DNA of 64,000 nt from Candidatus Poribacteria bacterium (GCA_965208675.1 OZ242351.1:1056001-1120000), one strand, 5' to 3'. Counted from the stretch's first letter, positions 10,311 through 19,608 are shown. Notes: generated by a model not told the origin, from the letters alone. Numbers and translations are program-made.

Positions 10311-11153
10311 TCAGATTAACGCCGTGAATGCGGCATCCTTAGAACGCCGCGCGTATTGTGGAAACAGTTCGTCATGAATGTCGCTGCACTGCCGGAGATG
10401 GATATGGCGATTCGCGTCGGCAGTGTCAACTATCGTGGGATAGAACATCCCCGCGCCCGTCTCAACTTTATATCCGCCCGGGGAATGGACGCTCAAGTAC
10501 TTATGCAGCGTCTCTAAATCCGGTTTGGTTTTACAATGTTTTGTGCAATTCATGGTGAACATCCGACGCCGTGTACCACCGCCAAATGATGCGTGATAGG
10601 TATCGTGATTGAAAATCACGACATCACCGGGTGTATTTTCCAGTGCAACACTCGTTGGGAAGCCGCACGGCGGTATACCATACAGCGATTCCGAATGGTT
10701 CGGATCTATGTTTTCTGCTCTAACAAAGTGTAAAGGGTTTTGGCTGCCTGGGATGATGCGTAAGCAGCCCGACTCTTCAGTCAGCGGATCAAGATAAAAC
10801 GCCACCTTACAGGCGAAGAGCCGTCCCCAATTTCCGTCCGGATGCCAACCTGTGTTTCCGGTGTAATAGTTCCCGTCACCGCCTGCGAAGTTAAAATCTT
10901 CCCCGATTACGCCGCCGATTATTCCTTTGATACGTGCATCATCTAGCAGGGCACAGAGCCGAGGACGATGCTCCATCGGACCGCCGAACATTGTACGGCT
11001 TGATCCATCGTGGTCTTTACCGCCCCCGAATTGCTGAATCGTTATCTCAAATTCTTCCGTAATCCAATCCATCTCGTTCGGCGCAAACATACCGGGTATT
11101 GCGAGATAACCGAATGTGTTGAAGAAATTCACCTGATGTGCTGTTAGTTTCAT
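10311..11153 (-). CDS. Phytanoyl-CoA dioxygenase (PhyH) family Fe(II)/2OG oxygenase
   Basis: FNTFGYL, WHPD, GCLRIIPGS, PGDVVIFNHDTYH and RRMF motifs. Confidence 0.9.
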   Translation of the reverse strand: MKLTAHQVNFFNTFGYLAIPGMFAPNEMDWITEEFEITIQQFGGGKDHDGSSRTMFGGPMEHRPRLCALLDDARIKGIIGGVIGEDFNFAGGDGNYYTGNTGWHPDGNWGRLFACKVAFYLDPLTEESGCLRIIPGSQNPLHFVRAENIDPNHSESLYGIPPCGFPTSVALENTPGDVVIFNHDTYHASFGGGTRRRMFTMNCTKHCKTKPDLETLHKYLSVHSPGGYKVETGAGMFYPTIVDTADANRHIHLRQCSDIHDELFPQYARRSKDAAFTALI

Positions 11154-11262
11154 TGTGCGGCCTTCAGCGTAAAAGTACGGGAATTCGGTTATAGAGGTAA
11201 ATTGCTTGATTTCTCCTCACATCTCAGGCAAGGGCTAGGGTCGAAACACAGAACTCTCATGA

Positions 11263-12057
11263 CTAGCGCGCCTTAATCAACGCCCGCACGCGAACGGGGT
11301 CGACTTCGTTCGTTGTCACGCCGCCGCGTTTGATTGAGGTGCCGACGATAACGCCGTCCGCACACCGCAGGGTCTCAGCAAGGTTGTCGGCAGCGACGCC
11401 GCTTCCGGCGAACACCTTCCCTTGAGGAACTGCATCTTTGACGATTTTCAATTGCTTGAGGTCGGTGCGCTCGCCTGTGCCCGCTCCAGTGACGATTAGG
11501 GCATCAGCAAGCCCGCGATAATAAGTATCTCGGGCAACTGAAGCGAGGTCAATTCGTCCAAGCGGCACAGCGTGCTTGACAGCCACATCGGCGAAATTCT
11601 TGACATCGCTACCAAGGACGGACCGATAGCGCACGGTTTCATAAGCCTTGCCTTGCAGAACGCCCTGATCCGTGAGCATTGCGCCGGTGTGCACGTTGAT
11701 TCGGATAAAATCTGCGTTCGCCGCTGCGGCAATAGCTGTTGCGGACTTTGCGTCATTACGCAGTACATTTACGCCGATGGGTATCTTGGGAAAACGCTCT
11801 TGATGTTCGTTGACGATGATTGCCATAGCGGCAACGGTGTGCGCCTCTACGTAATCCGGGAAAAATGGCGCATCACCGTAGTTTTCTACGATAACCCCGT
11901 CGATGCCGTTGTCAATCAGCGCTTCAGCGTCCGCCAACGCCCGCGCACGTACCTCATTTAATGGAGATGCCTGTCTCGGACTGCCTAGCAGCGGGAGCAG
12001 ATGGACAACACCAACAATTGGTTTAGCACGGCTAAAGACGCCACTGATTCCTTGCAT
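11263..12057 (-). CDS. BtpA/SgcQ family protein
   Basis: GVVHLLPL, ENYGDAPF, GVNVLRND, ADVAVKH, VTGAGTG and GSGV motifs. Confidence 0.92.
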   Translation of the reverse strand: MQGISGVFSRAKPIVGVVHLLPLLGSPRQASPLNEVRARALADAEALIDNGIDGVIVENYGDAPFFPDYVEAHTVAAMAIIVNEHQERFPKIPIGVNVLRNDAKSATAIAAAANADFIRINVHTGAMLTDQGVLQGKAYETVRYRSVLGSDVKNFADVAVKHAVPLGRIDLASVARDTYYRGLADALIVTGAGTGERTDLKQLKIVKDAVPQGKVFAGSGVAADNLAETLRCADGVIVGTSIKRGGVTTNEVDPVRVRALIKAR

Positions 12058-12191
12058 AGATGGTGATTGCGACTGACTTTACTATGATTGGCGGTTTCAA
12101 CCACAACGGGGAACTAATGCCCGCATCAATACAATTGATTTCCCAATTGACGTTGAGAAACAAACACGCATTGTGTGTCGAACATTAGACC

Positions 12192-13042
12192 TCACTCCGA
12201 TTCCGGAAAATCCCAGATTTGAAGAGCGGTTTTTCCCAATATCCATTCCATATCCTCCGGTGCGAAAAAGTCCATTTCGTCTCGCACGACAGACAATGTT
12301 TGCGGATACGCTGCGGCATTCAGACAGACCGGCCAATCCGTCCCCCACATAATCCGCCGCCCGCCAAACGTGTGGTACACCTTCTTTACCATATCGTGCG
12401 TATCAGCCCAGGGATAAGCCGTCTTCGATAGCCACCAGGTGTGACTAATTTTGACGTATACGTTTGGGAATGCCGCCAGGTTGAGCAGAAGTTTCAAATG
12501 ATCCGGCCGATCGATGGCGCAGTCCGCCATGTGATCAATGACCATGGTTAGACCGCTGTGGCGTTCCAGTAATTTTGCCAATTCCGGCAAACGATCTGGG
12601 GCAGCATTTTCGGCGCCGTGCTTTTTTGTGACAAGCAACATGGGAACACCCAGTTCTTCAGCGCGGCTGAAGATTCTACGCGTTAACTCGCCGCCGTACC
12701 AAGCCCCCGCGCGCCTGCGGCAGGACTCAACCGCACGCCGTGAAATCCTTGGTCTTCCGTCCAATAACTAAGATGATCCGGCGCATCCGGGTCTTCAGGA
12801 TTAATACGACAGACGCCCATGAATTTATCCGGATAAGATTTCATCGCATGTGCAGTATAGGTGTTGTCCCAGCGATAGTGAATTGACTGTACAAGAACGG
12901 TCTTCTCCACACCGTTCGCCGCCATCAACTCCAACAACATCTCTGGCGTCGCGTCATGGTTAGGGGGAACGACGGTCTCTGGCGCCCAAGGGAACTGGGG
13001 ATCGTTTTTCCAAACGTGAACGTGTGGGTCGATAATTCGCAT
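12192..13042 (-). pseudogene. Amidohydrolase_2 family metallohydrolase split by a frameshift near 12705
   Basis: N-half IIDPHVHVW...GFHGVRL and C-half VIDHMA, YVKIS, MWGTDWP lie in different frames that meet at a G5 run. Confidence 0.8.
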
Positions 13043-13074
13043 ATGTGTTATTCTCTGAGAGGTCACACAGTGTC

Positions 13075-13463
13075 TAGGGCGTGTTGACATTCATGTGAAG
13101 CTGTCCATAATCGTAGGGGATCAACAGAGTGAATAGCGAGGGCGATAGTGTTTATCTGGTCGCCTCGCCCATTGATTAGCGCTGACTAGGTACGCCCAAA
13201 CCATACAGGATGAGTAGATTTTAGGTCGAATTTCAAACCTCGACAAAATTACCGCCGTGTTGCGCCATAGTCTTGGCTCAATTGAACCGGCAATTCGCGC
13301 TATACGCTAGGGTATTGTCGATTTTGGACGATTGCCTTACGGCAGCCCGAAAATCGTGTCTGATATGTGAACAAAGGGTTAGGAGACCTAACCCCTACGG
13401 AGCGTCATGAGTCTATGCACCGCTATTGATGATCCGGTTGTGATGAAATGTCAAAAAAAACTA
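13075..13463. mobile_element. MITE-like element with IS5-type ends
   Basis: Left end TAGGGCGTGTTGACATT; degenerate right end AAATGTCAAAAAAAACTA; internal similarity to 37.6-38.2 kb and 51.5 kb. Confidence 0.6.
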
Positions 13464-13559
13464 AGGCAATCGGCAAGTGAAACCAAACCTCAATTAGATG
13501 TGTCGATGCAAGGTAATTAGGTTCAAAAACAAAGCGAAAGATTTAAGACTAGCTACCGC

Positions 13560-14279
13560 CTAGTAAAGATAGTTTTCAGGCTGATAGCCGGATGGCTCGA
13601 GCACCACAATGACTGGCCGGTCGTCCGCAGATTTAGGAATCGGAAACGTTACTGTGTGATGCCGGACATAAAATATCGGGCTGCGTTGATGGCGCCTAAT
13701 GAATTCGCTCGCCGATACCATTTTGCCTTTGACCGGCGGCAGGTAGTAGTGCATGGGGAAAATCCACTTCGGTTCCAGAATATCAAGCATCGGCTCAAGT
13801 TCGTGCAATTTAAGCGTGAGCCGTTCGCCTACAATGGCAAGCAGTACATCACACCGGCCGATGAAGGGGGCAAGCTGATCCGCATCCAGCTCGTAACCGA
13901 GGTCGCCCATATGCAAGAACCAAAGGCCGCCGGCTTTGAAAGCGTACAGGGCATTATCGTCTGCGCCCTCCGGATGATCCTCCGCTTCGGCTGCTTTAAC
14001 CGTGATTAGCGGTTCGCCGTTGATTACGGCGTTGTCTCGGCCTTCGGCTACAGCCAGCGCATCAATTACGCGCGGGTTTCCCTCAACGAGTTCAACGTAG
14101 GAGTGCCCTCTATCCGTGAGCGAACTCGCGATCACTGTGCCCGCCTTTAGCCGGAAATCGTCATCGCCGGGCAGTCCGAGCGCGGAGGGCGTGTACGGAT
14201 CCATAGCGATAGTCGGTTTTCCGTTCTCCCAAAGCCGAAAGCAGGCAAGCCCTACCCATTCAAGCGAAACGGACATCAT
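13560..14279 (-). CDS. Metallo-beta-lactamase fold hydrolase (divergent)
   Basis: IAMDPY, FLHMGDLG and IFPMHY motifs; the HxHxDH motif is degenerate (SSLTDRGH). Confidence 0.75.
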   Translation of the reverse strand: MMSVSLEWVGLACFRLWENGKPTIAMDPYTPSALGLPGDDDFRLKAGTVIASSLTDRGHSYVELVEGNPRVIDALAVAEGRDNAVINGEPLITVKAAEAEDHPEGADDNALYAFKAGGLWFLHMGDLGYELDADQLAPFIGRCDVLLAIVGERLTLKLHELEPMLDILEPKWIFPMHYYLPPVKGKMVSASEFIRRHQRSPIFYVRHHTVTFPIPKSADDRPVIVVLEPSGYQPENYLY

Positions 14280-14290
14280 CCACGCTCCTT

Positions 14291-15292
14291 TTATTCCTCT
14301 CCGAGACCGCCCGCGCGTTCCATGCCCGCAATCTCCCACCACTTTGCGCCGGGCGACTTCTCGAGTACGATTGGCTTGAGAAAATCTACCGATTTCCGCA
14401 ACCCTTCATCAAGGTCGAAATATTCCGACTCCATTTCGACCGAAAGCACATGGTCATAACCGATGAAGCGGAGTGTTGTGGCAAACTCGCGCCATTCTAG
14501 TTCGGAGTGCCCCCATCCAACCAGAGTGTATGTCCAGGAACGATCCGCGGGTTGTTCAGGCGTGCTAGAGTCAGTGTTTCCCCGCAACCGCGCATTGTGG
14601 GGGTGGAAGGTTACGTCTTTTACGTGGACGTGCTGAACGAGCGGGCCGAGAAAGCGCGCGGCTTCGATAGGGTCAATGCCCTGATACCACAAATGCGAAA
14701 TATCGAAGTTGCAAGCAACAACATCACCAATTTCATCGTGCAACCGCTTCACGGCGACAGGGTTGTGAATCATATCGCCGCCATGCATCTCGAAACACAG
14801 CGTGACGCCGTGATCGGCGGCAATCTTCCCGTGTTCACGCCAGTAGGGGAGCAGCCGCTTCTCCCACTGCCATTCGAGGGTGTCGCGCAGGAAGGGCCAT
14901 TCGGCGAAAGTCACCCAATTTGGAGCTGTGTCGCCTTCGGCGCCTTCAGGCAACCCGGCAAGCAGCGTCATCCGCCGAATACCGGCTGCTTCCATAAACT
15001 TCCACGCCTCGCGAAGTTCCTGCGAATACTTATCGGCGACCGCCTTATTCGGCATGAGCGGCGCACCGTGCGCACCCATGGCGCTGATTTCGAGTCCATA
15101 CCGAGCATAGGTGTCATGCCAGCGGTCAATTTCACCTTTGTCTGCGAGGAGCTTCTGCGGATCACAGTATTTTCTCGCCCAAAGCCCCGCGATTCCAACC
15201 TCGATCGCCTGAAACCCCAGCTCTTGCGCATACCGCAGTCCATCCTCAAAATCTAAATGCATCAAGTTCTGTGAAATCACTCCGAGTTTCAT
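14291..15292 (-). CDS. Sugar phosphate isomerase/epimerase (xylose isomerase-like TIM barrel)
   Basis: CFEMH, NFDISHLWYQGIDP, HVHVKD, GWGH and LSVEME motifs. Confidence 0.92.
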   Translation of the reverse strand: MKLGVISQNLMHLDFEDGLRYAQELGFQAIEVGIAGLWARKYCDPQKLLADKGEIDRWHDTYARYGLEISAMGAHGAPLMPNKAVADKYSQELREAWKFMEAAGIRRMTLLAGLPEGAEGDTAPNWVTFAEWPFLRDTLEWQWEKRLLPYWREHGKIAADHGVTLCFEMHGGDMIHNPVAVKRLHDEIGDVVACNFDISHLWYQGIDPIEAARFLGPLVQHVHVKDVTFHPHNARLRGNTDSSTPEQPADRSWTYTLVGWGHSELEWREFATTLRFIGYDHVLSVEMESEYFDLDEGLRKSVDFLKPIVLEKSPGAKWWEIAGMERAGGLGEE

Positions 15293-15409
15293 GAAAAACT
15301 CCTTTTTCTCCTAAACCTACCTGTACGTTAATACTCACTTGATATTTGCCCAAATAGATAATGCAGTTGCAAATTCTTAATTAGATTATTTCAGTCACCT
15401 TGCGATTTT

Positions 15410-15439
15410 AGTATATCACGGTATATGATTTTTTTTCAA
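15410..15439 (-). promoter_or_regulatory. Promoter for the isomerase-MBL operon, just downstream of the terL stop
   Basis: TTGAAA-18bp-TATACT with an extended TG. Confidence 0.45.
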
Positions 15440-15462
15440 TACATTTGCGAGTCAATATTGGG

Positions 15463-17268
15463 TTATATGTGAACGATGTTTCTTCTTCGTTCTCGGCGGC
15501 GTTCGTCAAGTTCGCGTTGATTTGCGGTTGTCGTGACTCTGGCGCGGAGTGCACCTTGAACGGCATCGGGCGCGTCGTTGTGCTCCGAGGTCGGGAATTG
15601 TCGAAACTGTGTCCAGAACTCCGCGGGCAAACCTTGTTCATTGAACGCGAGCCACCCGTTTTTGATCGCGGGTTCAAGGGTTGCGATTCGTTCCTCTTTG
15701 TTTTGGTTTTGGCGGTGGTAATAGATGTTCTTGTCGAAGTTTAGCTTACTTTTCATGGCGTTGAACGCTGAAGTATTCGCTTGTTGGATAGTGTAGTCCG
15801 GGTCGGGTCGCTGTTCGCAAACGAATTTAGATTCAGGATTTGTGTGTCCAAGCATTGCATCCGCACGTTGGTGGAGCAGGATGGCATTCTCCATCTGTTC
15901 TGTGAGCGGAACGCGACCCATCCAGCAGAGCAGGATGTATGCGTTGACTCCAGCAAGGGAGTCCACATTGTATTCGCGACCACCGGGGAGGGGTTCCCAA
16001 GCGACGACGACGGCGCAGGCGAAAGCGTTTTCGCGAGTATCTTTCCCACCCATGGAGTCGAGATAGGTGGTAAAGCCCCCGACGTTATTCCAAAAGACGA
16101 GCCGCCCGTCCGAACGCCGGAGTCCGTTGCCTTCAACCCGGAATGTGACGGCGTTGTCCATATCGAAGAGCGACATGCTGGGGTCGCGGGCAATGTTCTG
16201 GAGTTCGCGCAAACAGAAGTGGTATCCTCGCTCAACAATCATCTTCCGGACTTTGAGATAGGATAGCTTCTCGGACCAGAGCGCAGTGACGCCAAGGTTC
16301 ATATCCTCCGCGTTGGCATTATAGAATTTGTCCGCCTTTGCTTCGCGTTCAGCATCATCTAATGTCAAGTCGCGATAAATGGCTTCCCATTCTTTCCATA
16401 GGTATTCGTGGGTCGGGTGGTACAGGTCTTTGGGGGAACGGATAGCTTTGTAGTGTACGTTTTTCCAGCCGGCTGTCTTCGTTAGCCGCATGGAGATGCT
16501 ATCCGGGTGTTTTACGGTATCGGCGAAGATAAGGTTGATGTTCCCTCCGATGTCGGAAGTGAACATGACGTCCGTAAAGAACCAATCCCAATCTTCTTCA
16601 CGCAGATCGGGGTTTACGCAGCGTTTCGGGTCTTCGAGGTCGTCGACGATGACGAGCGACGGTCGTTTGTCCTCGACGAGTGCACCGCGCGGGGATTGGT
16701 TGCGTCCGAGGGGCAAGAGGGTGACGCCGTTGGCAGTCTCGCATTCGTTCGCTTTCCAGAAGGGACCGCGGAGGACTCCGAAGTCCTCGGCAATTTTAGG
16801 CTTTTCCATCAGTCCTTTGATATTGCGCAGATTTCTTTTTGCCATGAATTCGTTGCGGCTGATGATTAGGATAAATTTCTCGTCCGGGACGCCTTCAGCG
16901 AGTTGGAAGGCTTTGAAACAGATTCTCCACAGCGGATACCAGATAGCGCAGCAGGTTGTCTTTGCGGAACCGCGCGGGGCTTGGACGTTGACTTTGGCGT
17001 CGGTTTTGTCATACGGGATGGGATTGAGCAGCCGCACATGATGGGGCTGAAGCGACGACATTGTGTTCGGGTTGTGGAGGTAGTATTCCACAAAGAATTC
17101 GGGAAAGATATAAGCCATGTGCACCAATAGCGCCCGGTCGTCATCATTCCGGATTACTTCTTGCCGTCGGATTTTCTCATAATGACTTCGGAGTTTCCGG
17201 CAGTTTCCGTCCCGTATCTCGCGGATTAGATTGGGATTGGGTTGAATCGGCGCCCGTTTCGTCGGCAG
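15463..17268 (-). CDS. Phage terminase large subunit (start uncertain: 17328, 17268 or 17118)
   Basis: Walker A APRGSAKTT, Walker B RPSLVIVDDLE, DWFF; RNase H-like nuclease motifs TYLD, VCEQ, KEERIATLEP..KNG, QFP..HNDAPDA. Confidence 0.88.
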   Translation of the reverse strand: MPTKRAPIQPNPNLIREIRDGNCRKLRSHYEKIRRQEVIRNDDDRALLVHMAYIFPEFFVEYYLHNPNTMSSLQPHHVRLLNPIPYDKTDAKVNVQAPRGSAKTTCCAIWYPLWRICFKAFQLAEGVPDEKFILIISRNEFMAKRNLRNIKGLMEKPKIAEDFGVLRGPFWKANECETANGVTLLPLGRNQSPRGALVEDKRPSLVIVDDLEDPKRCVNPDLREEDWDWFFTDVMFTSDIGGNINLIFADTVKHPDSISMRLTKTAGWKNVHYKAIRSPKDLYHPTHEYLWKEWEAIYRDLTLDDAEREAKADKFYNANAEDMNLGVTALWSEKLSYLKVRKMIVERGYHFCLRELQNIARDPSMSLFDMDNAVTFRVEGNGLRRSDGRLVFWNNVGGFTTYLDSMGGKDTRENAFACAVVVAWEPLPGGREYNVDSLAGVNAYILLCWMGRVPLTEQMENAILLHQRADAMLGHTNPESKFVCEQRPDPDYTIQQANTSAFNAMKSKLNFDKNIYYHRQNQNKEERIATLEPAIKNGWLAFNEQGLPAEFWTQFRQFPTSEHNDAPDAVQGALRARVTTTANQRELDERRRERRRNIVHI

Positions 17269-17725
17269 GGCGCCGGTTGAATTGAACAGACCCCGCGAGC
17301 GACGATAAGGCTGATCTATGCTTATCATGAATTTGCTGCCTCAATTTGAGCCGTTTAAGGTCATCAATATTTTCGGTTTCCGCCGCCAAGTCATCAACTT
17401 GTTGCATCCGTTTGAGGGATTGATCGAGGTTTGGCAGGTGTTCCGCAACCAAAAACTCGTATTGGTCTCTCAAGGCGTCTACGAGGGCATCGCCATATTT
17501 TTGGGTGTTGAAGCGATCTTTAATTTTTGGATTGCAGGTCTGAATGGCGGAACGTATAGTTTTTCGATCCTGCACCGCGTTGTCGGTTCTGCATTCTGCG
17601 TAGTTAGGGCTTTGGAAAATGGCATCAACGGTCTTCGTGGTACCGAATCGCGCGATGCTGTAGGCGATACTTTTTCGGATGTCTTCGTCTTTCAAGGCTT
17701 CCAACCAAGTGGTTTTATCTAGCAT
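17177..17725 (-). CDS. Putative terminase small subunit (182 aa, helical)
   Basis: Directly upstream of and overlapping terL; AGAGGA RBS; call rests on position, no motif recognised. Confidence 0.55.
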   Translation of the reverse strand: MLDKTTWLEALKDEDIRKSIAYSIARFGTTKTVDAIFQSPNYAECRTDNAVQDRKTIRSAIQTCNPKIKDRFNTQKYGDALVDALRDQYEFLVAEHLPNLDQSLKRMQQVDDLAAETENIDDLKRLKLRQQIHDKHRSALSSLAGSVQFNRRPADETGADSTQSQSNPRDTGRKLPETPKSL

Positions 17726-17918
17726 TTTATTATCCTCTGGGTATTTTTTTGAATTATTCGGTTACACCGGGTTACACTGAAATTACGCCGGTGTAATTCT
17801 CGGATTGCTGGGATTTAATCCCGGAGCGGATTTGGGGATTTATGAATTACACCGTTTTGTTTTTTTTTGCACATCGCGCCGATTGGTTAGTGAATTGTAC
17901 TACAGGCGTTAGCGGGGC

Positions 17919-17974
17919 AAAAAAAAACCCAAAAGCGACAGTTCTTAGTTTCAAGACCGTCCACTTTTGGGTTT
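17919..17974 (-). terminator. Long hairpin plus U-tract (intrinsic terminator/attenuator) upstream of terS
   Basis: Minus strand AAACCCAAAAGTGGACGGTCTT-GAAACT-AAGAACTGTCGCTTTTGGGTTTTTTTTT. Confidence 0.7.
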
Positions 17975-18081
17975 GCCTTGTCCGCTTGCGCGGTGGTTAT
18001 TTAGTTATAGCGGTTATTGTGCAGCGCACTTCTTTGAGTTTGCTGAAAAGCCGAAAATTAGCGTAAAATGTTAATGCTGTT

Positions 18082-18111
18082 ATTATACGGCAAAGCATTA
18101 TTGGTTGTCAA
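18082..18111 (-). promoter_or_regulatory. Consensus sigma70 promoter pointing at terS/terL
   Basis: TTGACA-18bp-TATAAT with an A-tract upstream. Confidence 0.75.
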
Positions 18112-18137
18112 GTTTTTTTTATCATTTCGTTAAATTC

Positions 18138-18191
18138 AGTGGAGAGTGGGAAGAGCAGTGGTTAGTGTCTAGTAGTCAGTGAGTAGTCTAG
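18138..18191. repeat. Degenerate heptamer (AGTnnnn) tandem array followed by a REP half
   Basis: agtggtt agtgtct agtagtc agtgagt agtctag. Confidence 0.6.
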
Positions 18192-18279
18192 TTTTGGGTT
18201 TCGCTATGGCGCAACTCAACCTATGTGCCTTCAAATCTTGTGCATATTTTCACCCGAAAAGGAGCGATTTGCCCCTTCA

Positions 18280-18753
18280 TCAATATTTGAAGTCGTAATA
18301 GCTATCATTCTGGGATTTTGCGATTAGAAGCAGAACTCCCACGCCAACCACAATGCCCCCTATCAAAACCGCGTCCGTCTCTGGGTCGTTGATAAACCCT
18401 TCCGCTCGCCAAGTATATATAATCCCTTGCGCGTCCACGTAAAACATCCGCACCTTGTCGCCTTCCAAAACAAGAGGCGGCGTATAAGTTGTCTTGCTCT
18501 TAAATGTTGATGAATATGCGTCGTAGGTTCCACGTGTTTCTGTCTTGCCTTTGGTAAACGGAAGATAAATACTGTCGCTCCAGACATAGATTTTACCCCC
18601 GGCTCCGTCAGGCACCACTTGTTGTGGAGGTCCCCAACTTCTAATAAGCCTCGATACATGACTACCCTTCCAAGAATTCATAATCTCCTTGGTACTGGGG
18701 CCACAGCCAACAAGAGCCACCAACAAGCTTATCAATAAGCAATGCAAACGCAT
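18280..18753 (-). CDS. Putative lipoprotein with a C-terminal TM helix
   Basis: Lipobox LVGC, SWKG...LIRSWGPP, hydrophobic C-terminus. Confidence 0.75.
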   Translation of the reverse strand: MRLHCLLISLLVALVGCGPSTKEIMNSWKGSHVSRLIRSWGPPQQVVPDGAGGKIYVWSDSIYLPFTKGKTETRGTYDAYSSTFKSKTTYTPPLVLEGDKVRMFYVDAQGIIYTWRAEGFINDPETDAVLIGGIVVGVGVLLLIAKSQNDSYYDFKY

Positions 18754-18858
18754 AACAATCTCCTCCCTAGTGTTTTTGGTTTATTAGAAGAATCATATCT
18801 ATATGTCAAAAGAGTTAGGATTTTTTTGAATTTTCGCTTTCCACTAGCCACTTTCTTT

Positions 18859-19608
18859 TTACTGTCGATAGCCGTTTTTGTCCCAAGTGGACACGGCGCC
18901 GTTGCCGTATTCGTTGATTCCTATGGCAGCCGTGCCTTCACCTTTGCCGTTTACTTGGACACGTCCGCCGTGTTCATTGACGCCGAGACTCGCGGCTACT
19001 TTCCCATCTATTCGATACACATTGACCTCCCCGCCATGTTCATTGACGCGAAACTTCGCGCCCGGTTTCAAGTCGTTACTATGGGTTTGGACACACCCGC
19101 CATCTTCATCAGAATAAAGGGATACGGTTGTTACAGGGACACGCACATCTTTATTATTATACTTATACTTATACGTACTATACGCAAACGTGTCAAACCT
19201 CCCACCACGATCGTCCACACGGAGAGACGCTTGTAATTCCTTATTATTGCGATAAACAGTAACCGTCCCGCCAACTCCAAGGGTTTCCAGCATCATTGAT
19301 TCAGTGTCAGTGCTACGGGTAACTATGGAGGCGCTCGCAAGCTTTACCGCCACATCCCCGTTTGGGGTATACACCTCGACACTACCACCAATTCCAAGCT
19401 CGGTTCGCTTGATGAGGTCAATCACGCTGTCACGACCAAGCTTCACCACTACGTTCCCGTCCGAATCAATCACCCTCAACTCAGAACACTCAATTACTCC
19501 AAACTTATCCCTTTCCGCGGTGACTGGTGAAACCAACAACGCGGTCAACAAACTCCCTATGACCCCGCCAACTATACCGCTTATAATCAGATAGTGTTTC
19601 GTATTCAT
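18859..19608 (-). CDS. Membrane-anchored beta-repeat hypothetical protein
   Basis: N-terminal TM/signal; ~22-aa repeats such as VNEHGGxVxV; DNA repeat ccgccrtgttcattgacgc 66 bp apart. Confidence 0.8.
   Translation of the reverse strand: MNTKHYLIISGIVGGVIGSLLTALLVSPVTAERDKFGVIECSELRVIDSDGNVVVKLGRDSVIDLIKRTELGIGGSVEVYTPNGDVAVKLASASIVTRSTDTESMMLETLGVGGTVTVYRNNKELQASLRVDDRGGRFDTFAYSTYKYKYNNKDVRVPVTTVSLYSDEDGGCVQTHSNDLKPGAKFRVNEHGGEVNVYRIDGKVAASLGVNEHGGRVQVNGKGEGTAAIGINEYGNGAVSTWDKNGYRQ

Noticed and set aside
14507-15256. 249-aa plus-strand ORF
   Set aside because: Antisense shadow of the sugar isomerase with no motifs.
17915-18000. c-di-GMP-I riboswitch (ACAAGGCAAACC resembles its 5' part)
   Set aside because: Lacks the GAAA tetraloop stem and the GACGCAAAGC junction; the sequence folds as one long terminator hairpin.
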